Shown piece after piece: positions 40,748 to 54,059 of a DNA stretch of 64,000 nt (positions within the stretch are counted from its first letter, which is position 1; each line of letters opens with the position of its first letter). The notes below the pieces were generated by a model, which saw nothing but the letters and a program-made list of their open reading frames with translations, was not told where the DNA came from and did no database searches. The stretch covers positions 18,166,001 to 18,230,000 of the forward strand of contig OX597837.1 in NCBI GenBank assembly GCA_951406725.2, written 5' to 3'. The stretch is from Octopus vulgaris (lineage: Eukaryota). Both the position numbers and the translations under genes were made by a program.

Positions 40748-43700
40748 CATCATCATTTATCATCGTTTAACGTCCACTTTCCATGCTGGCATGGGTTGGA
40801 TGGTTTGACTGAGGACTGGCAAGCCAGGAGGCTGCACCAGGCTCCAGTTTGATCTGGCAAGGTTTCTGCAGCTGGATACCCTTCCTAACCCCAACTGCTC
40901 CGAGAGTGTAGTGGGTACTTTTTACTTGCCACCGACATGGGGGCTAGTCGGGCAGCACTGGCATCAACCTCGACTACGATTTCGCTTGACTCAACAGGTT
41001 TTTTCAAGCACAGTATATCTCCAAAGGTCTCAGTCACTTGTCATTGCTTCTGTGAGGCTCAATGTTCAAAGGTCATGCTTTACCACCATGCCTTACTGGG
41101 CCTACCTCTTCCACGGGTTCCTTCCACTGTTAGGATGTGACACTTCTTCACACAGCTGTCCTCATCTCTCTTGCACACCATATCTGATGCTTCTTATGTC
41201 CAGCTTTTCTCTCAGGGTGCTTACACTACACATCCCGTGTAGCAATAGCTGTTTGCACACATACATCATACAGTCTACTTTTCACTCTGAGCAAGAGGCT
41301 CTTTGTTACCAGCAGAGGTAGGAGCTCCCTGAACTTTTCCCAGGCTATTCTTATTCTAATAGCTATGCTCTCAGAGCATCCACCCCTGCTACTGACTTGG
41401 TCACCTAGGTAACAGAAGCTATCAACTACTTCTAGATTCCCCCCCACCCCCCTGGTGTGTGATGGAATCTATTTTCTGTACATTTTTGGTGTTTATTGCC
41501 CCTCTGCATCTGCCATACACAAAAACTATCTTCCAAGTTAACCTTCTTTGATATTGCTGCACCTCTTATATGTCCATTGCTTACACTGGGTACATCTTAT
41601 GGAGTTTCTACCAACACCTTTTCTACAGATCAAGCAAGGCCATCTACCTGAAGGGATTTGTGATTTCCTACTTACTAAGACTTTGGTTTTTGCTAGATTG
41701 ACTCTAAAGCCCTTCAGTTCTAGACCTTACTACCACACCTAAAACTTCTCTTGTTTTGGTAGTGACTCAGCTATTAGAGCAAGATCATCAGCATAGAGGA
41801 GCTCCCAGGGGCAGCCTGTCTTGAAATCCTCAGTTATTTCCTGGAGGACTGAGATGAATAAGAAGGGGCTGAGGACTGATCATTGGTGAACCCCTACTTC
41901 TACCCGGAATTCTTCACTATACTCATTGCCAACCCTCACCTTACTGACAGCATCCCTGCACATGGTTTGAACAGCTCTCATCAACCACTCATCTCTGCTT
42001 AGTTTCCGCATTGACCACCAGATAAGGGAACGGAGGACCCTATCAAAGGCTTTCTCTGTCAACGACAGCCAAGTACAGGGGTTTATTTTTGGCTAGGGAT
42101 TTTTCCTGCAGCTGTCTTACCAGAAATATAGCATCAGTGGTGCTTCTTGGCACAAACCCAAACTGTATCTCATCTAAACTGACTCTCTCCCTAATTAGTT
42201 GGGCTATGACCCACTCCGTATCTTTCATCACCTGATTCAACAATTTGATACCTCTGTAATTATTCCTATCTAATGCGTCACCTTTACCTTTGTAGCAGTT
42301 GACTACGGTGCTGCTACACCAGTCATTGAGTATGACTCCTTCTTGTATCACCTGGTTGACTATGCGGGTGACTAGACCATAGCCTACACCACTGGATATT
42401 TTAAGTATCTCAGCAATGATTCTTTATGGGCCAGGGTCTTTCCCTGTCTTCATACCCTTAATTGTTTTATCTACCGAGGTACTGTCAATTCAAATAGCTG
42501 ATCCCTTTGCTGGGTCAACATTTGGCAGACTCTCTTTCTCTCATTCATCCTATTCATTTAGCAACCTTTCATAGTAGCATCTCCAAGTCCCTCTCTTTGC
42601 AGTATCATTAAATACAAGCAAGCCATTATCCATGTGGACACATTTCTCTCCTATGACGTCACAATTCTCTGTCACACACTGTCTTGCAATACAAAATGCT
42701 CTGATCCTCTTGAAGCAGAACATTGGCAAATTTTTTCTTATCTGCTTCCCCTCTGGCTAAGTAAACCTGTCTCCTAGCTTTCTGATACAGTTCCCTGCTA
42801 CCATCACACTTCCAGTCCTTCCATGCCTATTTCTTTTTCCTATTAGTCCTGTCAACTACATTGTTCCACCACCACATTACCTTAGGTCAAGAGGGAACTT
42901 TGCACCAGCCACAGATCTGGTCAGTAGCCCTTAACAGGTTGTCCCGTAGGAACCTCCAGTTGTCCTCCACATTGTGATGCTATGTCCTCCTCTTTTTCAT
43001 TGAAAGCTTCATGTAATATGTCTCTAGATCTCTGTCCATTCACAGGATCCTTAAACTTCCAGACCTTCCTTTTCCATGCTGGGCATCTGGGCAGCCATTT
43101 AGTCCTGATCCAGATGTCACTAACTACTAACCTATGTTGTGGGACACATTCTTCACCTGGGAAAGTTTTGGCATTTATAAGTAGTCATCTTTCTTGTTTC
43201 CTGGTGAGAATGTAGTCAATCTGACTAATGTGCCCACCAGACTGGTAGGTGAACAGGTGACTGGCAGGTTTCCTGCAGCCTGGTTCCTTCCTCAGTGCAG
43301 GAACCAAATCCATCATCATCATTGTTCGACCGTGGTCGAGACAATGGAATTTACCATGCTACGCCAGACTTCACGGTCCATCATAGCATTACGGAGGTCC
43401 TGTTGCTGGATGCCTGTATCCCTGGAGATTACATCAGGGTTGGAGAGTGTGCGCCCTCTGGTATTGCGAGTAGATGGCTTCCAGAGGAGAAGAGTAGAAA
43501 TTGCCTCATTTTCAGCTCTACAACAATGTCCAGCAAACTGGACTCTCCTACCTTTCACAAGAGATGATACAGGTGGTAATTTCCCATATATTTGCATTTT
43601 GGTTGGATGACACTTCCACGAGAGATTTTGAGCTCTCATAAGGAGGCGAGTGTAGGTTCCATCCAACCGCCTCCAAATCCGTTACCACCATGTACATCAT

Positions 43701-43815
43701 GGAAGCTCCCTGGATGTTGTCCAATATGACCATTGAAGTTGCCAGTCACATAGAGAAGGTCCCTGGTGTTCATCAATGGGGTAGTCTGCAAGAGGTTGTC
43801 ATGAAATCAGTCTTT
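40748..43815 (-). mobile_element. RTE-clade LINE, ~3 kb, degraded (APE endonuclease end, RT, 3' UTR)
   Basis: YKGKGDALDRNNYRGIKLL, QFGFVP.STTDAIF, EKAFDRV, VGVHQ, LLYADDL, VDSFCYLGD motifs; 3' end matches 31600-31754. Confidence 0.93.
43312..43672 (-). mobile_element. Nested 5'-truncated LINE (different RTE-like family)
   Basis: DGTYTRLLMRAQNLSW...RRVQFAGHCCR...MMDREVWR; (GAT)n tail; 8 bp TSD ccaaatcc (43304-43311, 43673-43680). Confidence 0.85.
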
Positions 43816-44709
43816 CTGATTTTATGACAATAGTAGATGCCACACAATGGGATTGAACCTAGAGTCATTTATATAGAGTGAACTATAATACTTTCTTTTT
43901 ATGTTTATATTTTGATTTTAACATAAATTTTGTTTCAGACTTGTTCAACCTGTATTTTAATTTTCATGGTTGGGATATTTTTATTACAATTTAAGCTGAG
44001 CAATGTTATAGTCAGATTTCCATTACTGCCTGTTTTTTTTTGTGTGTGTGTTTTTGGTGGGTGGGGTGGGTCTGTATGTGTGTGTGTTGTGTATGATTCA
44101 CTACATAGCTGTTTAGAGTTTCACTTGTTTTTATAGCACAGTTGATAGAATCTACCTAATACTTGATTGGTACATGCTTTAATGACTCTGAAAGGTACAT
44201 TAAACTTTGCACAGCCTAAGAATGAAATAACACCTTTACACAATAGTCTCAAATACTTATAGAGTACTTTTTCTCTTGACTTCATTTTTAAATGTGTGTG
44301 TGTTACATATACAGGATTTGGTCTCTACTTAGGTTTCATGCCGACCAGATATTGAAACAACTAATTCAGATATTCAAACAATTAAATGCCTTTATCATTC
44401 TCATTATTATTTTGTTTTTGCTTATCAATCATTTTGGTAGTTTGCAGTACTCTGTTAAGTAAGTAACTGATTTTTGCTTACCTGTGTCACTCTCATATAC
44501 TCTAGTACACCATTTAAAAGTATTTATTCTGTCTGCACTTCTGACCAGTTACTCAATATTAATTGATTTTGATGTGTACATTGGGACAAGATCTCCTTTC
44601 GACTATTGAGTAAGGATATATCTGGTATGACGATACTGTATTTTTCCAAAATGAATCGTGGTCAGTTCACAGGACCATTTACATAAGGGATATCACTATT
44701 TATCATTAA

Positions 44710-47700
44710 TGTTGTGTGAGAGTATGATGCCCCCTAGCAAGAATGGACTGGACCACTACATAAATAGTATTGGTCTGAGTAAGTGAGGTAGTTCATGCTA
44801 GTTCCACAGTTCGCGTGTTGATAGTTCAAAGTTTACTATTTGAGCTTGCATGTTTGGATTGTTGGTTCCTAAAAGATTGTTATGTTCAGTGTGGTTGCTG
44901 CCATTTGTTTCAATTGTATCATTACACTGTGCAGCATATTTATCCATAAGGATATAACATCTGGCGACAAGGATCATTTGAAACTCTCATTAGTTATTTG
45001 ACAGTTTCTGCATCATGGAAAAACCTATTAGCCACAGTCGTATAGCTTCAAGGAAAGCAACAAGAACAACTACAGGAGTTGCAAAAACAAATACTACAAC
45101 ATCAATAGTTAATTTAATTACAGTTGAAGTCTGAAAATCCAGTAATGCGATTCTAAATTTACATATAATCCACAGGAGAGTATTACATTTTCCGCATATT
45201 ATAGAAGATACAGAAAATTTTTAACAATGAGTGCAAGTCGTGGTCAGAGGAGCAAAATGTAAGGCTTTTACTATACAAGGTAGCTCCTGTTAAACATGAG
45301 TGTTACTGTGACTTTATTCTGTCCAAAATGTCAAGTGAGATTGGTTTCCAAGAAACTATGGAACTGCTTTCAAAATTTTTTGTGATAGAAGTTCATTATT
45401 CGACACCAGAATGGAGTGTTGGAACTTAACAAAAAATGAGGATGATGATGTTATCACCTACACCAGAGTAGTCAACTGTATTGTGTGAAAATTTCAAACT
45501 CCAGGATATGTTCAAATCACTTATCTTCGTGCAAGGACTTATAGCACCTGAAGATAGAGAAATTCAGACTAGGATTTTCTTGAAAATGGAGCAAGCGAAC
45601 CAGAGTTTATCTCTACAGACCATCGCAGAGGAATATCAAACTATGGTAAATCTTAAAGACTCTGCAAAAATTTAAATGTGTCATCCCAGGAAGCACAATA
45701 AAAAAAAAAAAAAAAGTGTCAGGTCCCAATTTAAAGCATTGTCCATTTAAAAACACAAAGTGCTAAAGTTGTCAGAAACTTTGATAAAGAAGTTCTTGTA
45801 GAACAAGACTATGAGGCTCAAGCACAAAAAGTTCGAAGGTGTTTTCAGTGGAGAGTGATTGCAACAGAAAAACAAGAAAATTTGTGCTCATAAAAATAAA
45901 TGATGTAATTACCAAATTACAGTTAGACACAGGTAGTGACATCTCGATTATAAATGTGGATACTTGGGGGAAAAAAACTGGTAAACCGAGATTATGTAAA
46001 ACTGCAAAAATAGCATGGTGTAACTGGCAATAAATTACATTTGATGGGCAAATCATATATCGACGTCACATTTCAAAGAGAGACAGATAAAGCAAAATCA
46101 TTTGTTGTGGGTAATATAATGAATCTGTTTGGCACAGATTAGTTAGAAGTATTTGATTTATAGCACCTACCCATACATTTTTACTGCAATAACATAAATG
46201 GTTGTCCCATTAAAAACAAGTCTTCAGAAGAACTGAAAAAAAAATTAGAAAAAAATGCTCCCACAAGTGTTATCAGACAATTTAGGTCTATGTAGAAAGA
46301 CGGAAGCCTATTTCCAGGTAAGTGAGAACGTACCTGTATTTAAAGCAGACAGAAAAGCACCATTCGTGGCAACTGAAACCATAAATGAAGTGTTGGAAAG
46401 ACATGAAAAGGGTGGAGTCATCAAAAAGGTGGATTACTCAAAGTGAGTGACACCCACCATATGTATTAAAAAAATAATAATAATAAGCTTAGGCTGTGTG
46501 CCGATTTCTCTACAGGATTGAATGACCGCATAAAAACATACCACCATTCACTCCCAATTGCAGAGGACATTTTTTCGAAGTTAAATGGTGGAAAAAATTT
46601 TTCCAAATTAGATCTGTCTGAAGCCTATTTACAGATGAAAAATGCTCAAAGCATTTGACAATAAATAGACAGATACACATGATTACCTTTTGGATTAAAA
46701 GTGGCACCAGTATATTCCAGCAAATCATGGATGCTATGTTATCTGATTGTAAATTTGCAATGGACGATATTTTGATCAAGAGTAATTCTAGTGAACAGCA
46801 TGTGGAACACATAAAAGCTGCATTTAAGAAAATTAAAGTTTTCGGGTTCACATATGAGTGAAGAAAAATGTGGATTCTTTTGACCCCAAATTGGGCAAAT
46901 AATTGATAAAAGTGCAAGACATCTTGACCCGTTGAGAGCAAATGAAATAAGGAATATGCCTGCGCCGACAAATATTCCAACTTTACAAGCATTTCTTGGG
47001 CTGGCAAACTACTACCAACGCTGCATTCCTAATATGCACAAGTTAAGAACTCCATTGAACAACTTATTAAAAAAAAAGGAGTAAATTGGAAATGGTCCAC
47101 TAAATGCCAGAACACTTTGAAGAAATAAAAAAAATTCTAATCTCAGATTTGTCGTTAGCACATTATGATCCTGAAATGGACATCATTGTAGCATCTAATG
47201 CTTCCAAGCACAGATTAGGTGCAGTTCTACTTCATAAATATGAAGACAGAAGTACAAAACGAGTGGTTCATGTTTCACGGCAGAGAAGAGATATAGTCAA
47301 ATTGAAAAGGAGGCCCTAACAATTATTTTTGCAGTTAAAAAATTTCACAGGTTTCTGCATGGCAAAATTTTTAATTGCAAACAGACCATAAACCTTTACT
47401 GTTGATTTATGGATCTGAGAAAGGGTTAACAACTCATACTGCAAACTGCCTGCTATGTTGGGGTCAAAATGCAATACATTTCACTGAAAAATAATGGTCA
47501 TGCGGCCTGCCTTTCGTGATTAATTCCAAAAAATATGGAACCACTAGAAGAGACTGTTATAGCTGCACTGCAGGCAGAAAGTGAAATTAAGTGTTATGAC
47601 AAACGTTATCCAAGAACTACCAGTGAAGGCACAGGATATAAGAATGAAAGCTGTAGGTGATGAGTATATTACGAAACTGAAAGAAAGCAGACCAAACACC

Positions 47701-48036
47701 TTGAGATAATGCCCAGGTGAATGAGATACTAAAAAAATATATATATATATATATATAAAATTTCTTTATTCCTTTGGAACACGAAATCTCAAAAGAGGAG
47801 ATGTTGTGTGAGAGTACAACGCCCCCTGGCAAGAATGGACTGGACCACTACATATAAATTGTAGCGGTCTGAGTAAGTAAAGTAGTATTGTGCTAGTTTA
47901 CAGTTCAAAGCTAGCGTGTTTGGATTGTTAGTTCCTAAAAGATTGTTGTTACATTACATGTGGTTACTGCCATTTGTTTCAGTTATATGGTTATTACACT
48001 ATTGCAGCATATTTATTTATCAATAAGGATATAACA
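44710..48036 (+). mobile_element. Gypsy/Ty3 LTR retrotransposon (Mag-like), degraded, integrase missing
   Basis: TG..CA LTRs 44710-44959 and 47802-48036; PBS tggcgacaagga 44962-44973; PPT aaaagaggaga; flanks attaa/attac; gag, protease LQLDTGSDISII, RT (FQQIMD, DDILI), RNase H (NASKHRLGAVL, QTDHKPLL). Confidence 0.93.
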
Positions 48037-48269
48037 ATTACCCTGCTTTTATTATGGTGGAATTTATTTTCTTAAGTTCTAAATATGCTGCAACAATGTA
48101 ACATTCCTTCTTATTAAACAATTACTACTCAATGAGTGTGTTCTTGATTTGTTTCAGTTGCATTCACTTTCAGGTAAAGGTTGTGAGTTGATAGTTGTTT
48201 CTTATTACTGATATTCTGGGGGGCATACTTTTAGTTCTTCATACAGCTAAGTTCAGAATTTTAAAGAAT

Positions 48270-49000
48270 TCAACTTAAAAATAAACCAGTTAAATTATAA
48301 AAAGTAACAATCACTATATAAAATCTATCAAGTAACCACTGTGTGTACATATATATATATATAAAAATAAAGTTATTCCAACTACACGTCTTCAATAGTA
48401 ATAATAATTTTACACAGTAACTAAAGCAGAAAGATCTCCACAATTTCCTCAAGTTAAACAGTATTCAATCAACCTGGACTATTCCATAAGGAAGCCTCAA
48501 AAAGGAAAGAAACATTATATCCCTAATGTAAATAGAGAAACAAACCCAGTGGAGCTAAGAAAGGAAAGATCTAGTTCAACTCAACATTCAGCTTAAATTT
48601 AACATCAATTCTAATAAAAATGTTTCTAGAGCTAATCATTGAACATTCCCCATCTGACTATAGGCTGTTTTAAAGAAATAATATAAAAGTTAGCTATTGC
48701 CTATACATGAAACCAAAACATACCATCTGAGAGATAACTAAATAGCTAGCAATCCACAACCTTCAGCTGAAAATGGACACAACTAATACAGATCAAGAAT
48801 ATAACTATTAAGTTGATAATTCTTAAAAAAAAAAGAAAGAAATTAATTCATAAGAAACCTATAGTATAATTTATAAGAAAGCGATACTGATTAAAAACTA
48901 CATCTGGGTACCAAGCAGAACATTTAAAATTAGATATACATATAACATGCATTCATTCCACAACTGCATATGTGAACCTTAAGAGGAGCAAGATATAAAT
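48270..49000 (+). mobile_element. Degraded Penelope-like element (RT C-terminus + GIY-YIG endonuclease)
   Basis: Broken translations KI*FNSTFSLN, KMFLELIIEHSP, NYIWVPSRTFKIRYTYNMHSF resemble PLE 'IWFNPPF..FL.LID.HFP..YIG.T...FK.RY.NH..SF'. Confidence 0.55.
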
Positions 49001-49712
49001 ACAAGCTGAACAATAAAAGATAGTAGTACCCCTTAAATAACTCTTGGATAAACCTTCTGTACATTGCAGAATCATCACAAAAATGTATGCATACTCATGA
49101 GATATGAAAAATTGGTTGGAATTGTGCACACAATTAACATCTGAAAATGATGTAGTAGTGGTAAAGTAGCATAAAGATTGTAAATGCCAAACAGCTACTC
49201 GACAGGTCATAACCAACTACCAGAAAGAATTGACCACTAAAAATGGAGTAACCAATGAGAATGACTGACATTTTAAAGAAAGTAACTGGTTCTATATCTG
49301 AATTAGGTGCTTGGAAGTTTGCAGAGTACAAAACTTGAATAATGATAAAATCCCCAATTTAAATTAGTATATGAACAAACTACACGATATATTGACTATC
49401 TTCCATTTTCATTTGCAAGCTGTAACAATGCATGCATGTGCATACATGTGTACGCTGACACACACACACATTGTAGTATTTTGTTGGGTGGTTACATAGC
49501 TATATTTTTTCAAAGCACGGAGATGGAATATTTCATTGTTGTATTATTGAACAAGGTAGCAACTTACTACATGATATATGTATGCTTGAAGGCTGAACAA
49601 TATTCTGTATTTGTAGTAAAAGAAGTGAGATATACTTGCAAATTTAGAATAGTAAAATGGCAATTTTTTTGATCAGCATTTTTCTTTAAAAATCCTTTTT
49701 TTCAATTTTCAG

Positions 49713-49802
49713 GCTCTTGATGGTTTTGTCTTCTTTGTCAACTGCCAAGGCATTGTAGAACATGTCTCAGAAAAGGTCTCTCTTTACCTCAAATACACGC
49801 AG
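49713..49802 (+). CDS. NCOA: NCOA exon, start of PAS-A
   Basis: ttttcAG; ALDGFVFFVNCQGIVEHVSEKVSLYLKYTQ (ALDGF PAS-A motif); GTATGT donor, phase 0. Confidence 0.95.
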
Positions 49803-50464
49803 GTATGTATTTCTATAATTTTGCTTTATTTATTTATTTTTGCTTAGAAATTGTTTTAGTCACACTCACCATCTCAGAATGTATTTTTCTTAAAGCTAGT
49901 ACTTGGTTGATGTGTGATTAACGTTTTCACAGTATCAGAAGATTGTGCATTGCAGATGACATTCCCAGAAGTTCTGTTATTTCGCACAGCGAAGAGAACT
50001 GAGCTATATGAAATTTAATAGTAAAATACTTGCAAATTCAAACATTTGGAGGTTGAGTTTGAGACTTTACTCACAGCATTTCTCAGATTTTTATAATGCA
50101 CACCAGATGGAGTAAAGCTTTGTGAGCTCAACTGAGGCATACATTAGATTTCACAGGCTGGATAGGGACAATCACTCCTTAAAAGTCTTAAAAGCCAAAG
50201 TAATGATTAAAGGGGGTAAATATATATAACAACTTCGTTTATAATTAAGAAAGGAAAACTTATCCACATGCAGTCCTATTAAGTAAGGATTCTTAGGGTA
50301 AGAACAGAAATAGAAATTGTCCAAATGAATGCATACAGCTGTTGAGGACACCCCTATGCTTTCTAAAAAGCTTACATTGTTTCAGCTGCCAAATCTTTCC
50401 CAATCATTTACATCATTAGAATCCATTCAGGCTCTGAATCTGAGAGTATGCTGGAGGTGTTATA

Positions 50465-51695
50465 CAGAGTGTTTGGGGCAAAATTTGACAGTTTGCATAA
50501 AAGGAAAAGGAAACACAATATCCCATCCAAAAATAAAAGTATTTTTAAAACATAAAAAAATATCAAACAAATTATGGTTGGGAGATAATTTTCTCAAAGT
50601 AGCTGCTTTCATATTCTGCCATAGCCTCAAGATGACTCCAGAACTTGGTGCATGCATTTCTCACTGTGCCCCTGAGATCTTCAAACACCTACTTGATCTT
50701 AGCCCCAGCTCAGCCTTGATGTTGCAGGCAGAGCAGTTGGTGTCTTCCTCAACCATGCCCCACACAAAGTAATCCATGGGATTACAATTGGGGGAATTAG
50801 ATGGCCAGAAATTTGGACTGGTGAAGTCGTAGAAATTCTGTGAAAGCCACTTCTCACTCTTTCTGGAGGTATGGCAAGGACCTAAATCCTGTTGTCACAC
50901 ACACATGACCTTCCAAAAGCAACCCTCTCCAGCCAGGGTTTGACCACAGTCTCCATCAGCTTCACATATCCTTCTGAATTGTTTAAAGATGTGGGGCCGC
51001 GAAACATCTCCCTCAATGGAGACACACCCAAAAACACTTTGGAGGAACTTGGTTTTCATATGTGGGACATCACATGGATTGTAGGAAAACCACCTAACGT
51101 TGTGTGTCTCATGCAACTGGTCCTGGCAGAAGTTCTTTTCATCTGAGAAGAACCAGATCATCCTCAGTTCAACAGGATGCATCTGCTTTGGCTATCAGAA
51201 TTTTTTCCCTATGTCTTTTGTACAGGTGGTAGCGAAAGTCCTCATTCAGGGTCAGCTTCATGGTGTTGACTCCAACACCCATCTTTCTCACCAGAGCCCA
51301 GATTCCCTTGCTCGGATCTTCCATCACCTTGTCCTGCAGCTGTTGGATGAATTCCAGCCTGTGGATGCAGCCAGAACACCTGTTCTGTCCCTTCCTATCG
51401 GCTTCATAGTTTCTGTTGCGACTGTCCATGTTACATCTTACAGCTTTTACAGTATTCACAGAACATCGAGCAGCAGTCATGATGTTGGTATTTTGATACC
51501 TGACATGAATCATCATGATACAACTAACTCTTTTCCAATATTCAGATGGCTTCCCATCCTCCATGTCAACTGACTTTCTTGACTCCAACTTTAATCTTAT
51601 GCTCTCCAATGCTGTTGACTGTTCATCAACACATCAAGCTGTTCTTGGCAAAAGGAAACATTCAAAAAATTATCAGATTTAGCCAAAACACCCTG
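50465..51695 (-). mobile_element. Tc1/mariner superfamily transposon (maT/DD37D-like), degraded
   Basis: TA-flanked imperfect TIRs cagagtgtttggggcaaaatttga / tcagatttagccaaaacaccctg; WFFSDEKNF and WPSNSPNCNPMDYFVWG motifs. Confidence 0.85.
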
Positions 51696-52383
51696 TATTT
51701 TACAGAATATTTCAAAATTAAGATGTACATGAATATTTTTTTGTAAAATTCTGCCAGTGGACTAGACTAAACATGAGCTGGATCTGTCCTGCAAGCTGTA
51801 TGTTTGACATCCTTGATAAAGACATTAACATGTTTGATGCTATCTTTGTCTACATTCAGCTCTGTTCTGGTAACAAAGAAATGTCTAAAAGACTGTGCAA
51901 ATGTGTGAGTTATGCATGAAGAATAACTATTTTTGTCTTCATAATAACAATACTTAAATGTTTTAAAGTTTTTGATAATTTATGGCAACAGTATCCTCGT
52001 CTATTCTATATATTCTTATAACTGTCACAGCTACACTACTGGTGTTATTTGTATAGGAGCGTGCATGTGTAGGTGGGGCTTGAATTAAAATTGACAATCC
52101 CCAAATAGATAAGTTCTTAGGAAATCTAGTCTCCCAGAAATCTATAAATTGATAACTTTTCAATTTGCAAGCCATTGTTCCATTAATCTGCTCTAAATGG
52201 CAATAACAGAAGGGAAAAGAAAGTCATTGATGAGACAAAAATACAAGTGTTTGTGTGGGATGTAAGAGGCTGTGTTGGCTGAGATGGTATTATAAAAGGA
52301 GAGAGGCTGTAATTGATAGAACAAGGCAGATACTGCTGATTGCAAACATACTGGAATTTTATATATAATCAGTGTGTATAACT

Positions 52384-52624
52384 CTTTCTCTTTTTTCTCT
52401 TTTTACTTGTTTCAGTCATTTGACTGCGGCCATGCTGGAGCACCGCCTTTAGTCGAGCAAATCGACCCCGGGACTTATTCTTTGTAAGCCCAGTACTTAT
52501 TCTATCGGTCTCTTTTGCCGAACCGCTAAGTGACGGGGACGTAAACACACCAGCATCGGTTGTCAAGCGTAGTTGGGGGGACAAACACAGACACACAAAC
52601 ATATTCACACACACACACACACAC

Positions 52625-52688
<64 letters not shown>

Positions 52689-52864
52689 CATATATATACA
52701 TATATACGACAGGCTTCTTTCAGTTTCCGTCTACCAAATCCACTCACAAGGCATTGGTCGGCCCGGGGCTATAGCAGAAGACACTTGCCCAAGATGCCAC
52801 GCAGTGGGACTGAACCCGGAACCATGTGGTTGGTTAGCAAGCTACTTACCAAACAGCCACTCCT
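52384..52864 (-). mobile_element. Family A tRNA-derived SINE, best-preserved copy, with internal (TA)n(TG)n
   Basis: Minus strand GGAGTGGCTGTTTGGTAAG (A box) ... GGGTTCAGTCCC (B box); CpGs retained; A/G-rich tail. Confidence 0.88.
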
Positions 52865-53199
52865 TCAACTAATCATTGAATATACATCAGTTCCACAATT
52901 TTTCTCAATATTAACTTTATTATTACACATTATATTCATGAAGACATTTACACTTTTGATCATATGTTTTGCTGTGTTTGCATCCATTCACACAAGACAA
53001 GAGAAATAGCAGTCAAATTGCACTGAAATTGTTTCCTACTGTCTTAAAAATAATGGATACATTAGATAGTGTTGATCTGCATGTAGGAGAAAACAGCCTT
53101 TAAAATCTTCTGCATCAGATACATGTCTGATGCATACATGTCTGTGTGCACATGCTTATGTGATTCCTATGACAAAGAATAGGTCCCACCACTATAATG

Positions 53200-53430
53200 T
53201 GTGTGTGTGTGTGTGTCTGTTTTGTCCTAAACCACCACTTGACAACTTCTGTTGGTATGTTTGCATCCCTATAAATTAGCAGTTCGGCAAAAGAGAATGA
53301 TAGAATAGGTACCAGGCTTAAAGAAAAGAATAAGTTTTGGGATCAATTCATTCAAGTAAAAATTATTTAAGGCAGTGCTCCAGCATGGCCACAGTCTAAC
53401 GACTGAAACATGTAAAAGACAAAAGATAAA
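53200..53430 (+). mobile_element. Family A SINE 3' half
   Basis: Reverse complement of 52400-52600. Confidence 0.8.
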
Positions 53431-54059
53431 CACACATGCAGAAGATTTTGTTGTACTGGTGATAAAAGTAGCAGTCTCAGAGTTGTGTTTATAGTGTGTT
53501 AGAGAGAATAGGTCATTACCAATCTTTCAAATGGTTTTCTTTCAGATTTTGTCTCTGATGCTTGTATGTCTTAATAATAATTTATAAAACTAGATATATG
53601 TAGTGACATTGATAGTTTTAGTTGAGGTGTTTAATTTACAATCTCAAAGTCCTGGATCCAATCCCAAAATTTGGGTGTCTTTCAACCTAGCCGTGGATTG
53701 ATCCAAGGTTTATGAGTGAAATTGGGTGTGGAAGCCTGATGGATGGATGAATGGATGGGCAGAGAGGTGAGCCAATAGAATGATGGTTCCTGTAATTCAA
53801 TGGTACAGCCTTGTTTCACACTGTATTACATTGATTCTGCTTCAGGATTACATTGAGTGTGTCTGTGGAATTCTCAGCCACTTACTAATTCAATGAACAG
53901 GTATTTTAGTTGATTGAACAATTATTGAATAGTCATTATTGAATCCAACAGTTTTACTTTATTTCTAACTAGGAAATGTGAAGACTGTTTCCTTTTTATG
54001 TTGTGATTGAGTGTTTGTCCTGTTGAACAAGAACAGTAGATACATGATCTCATGTATCT

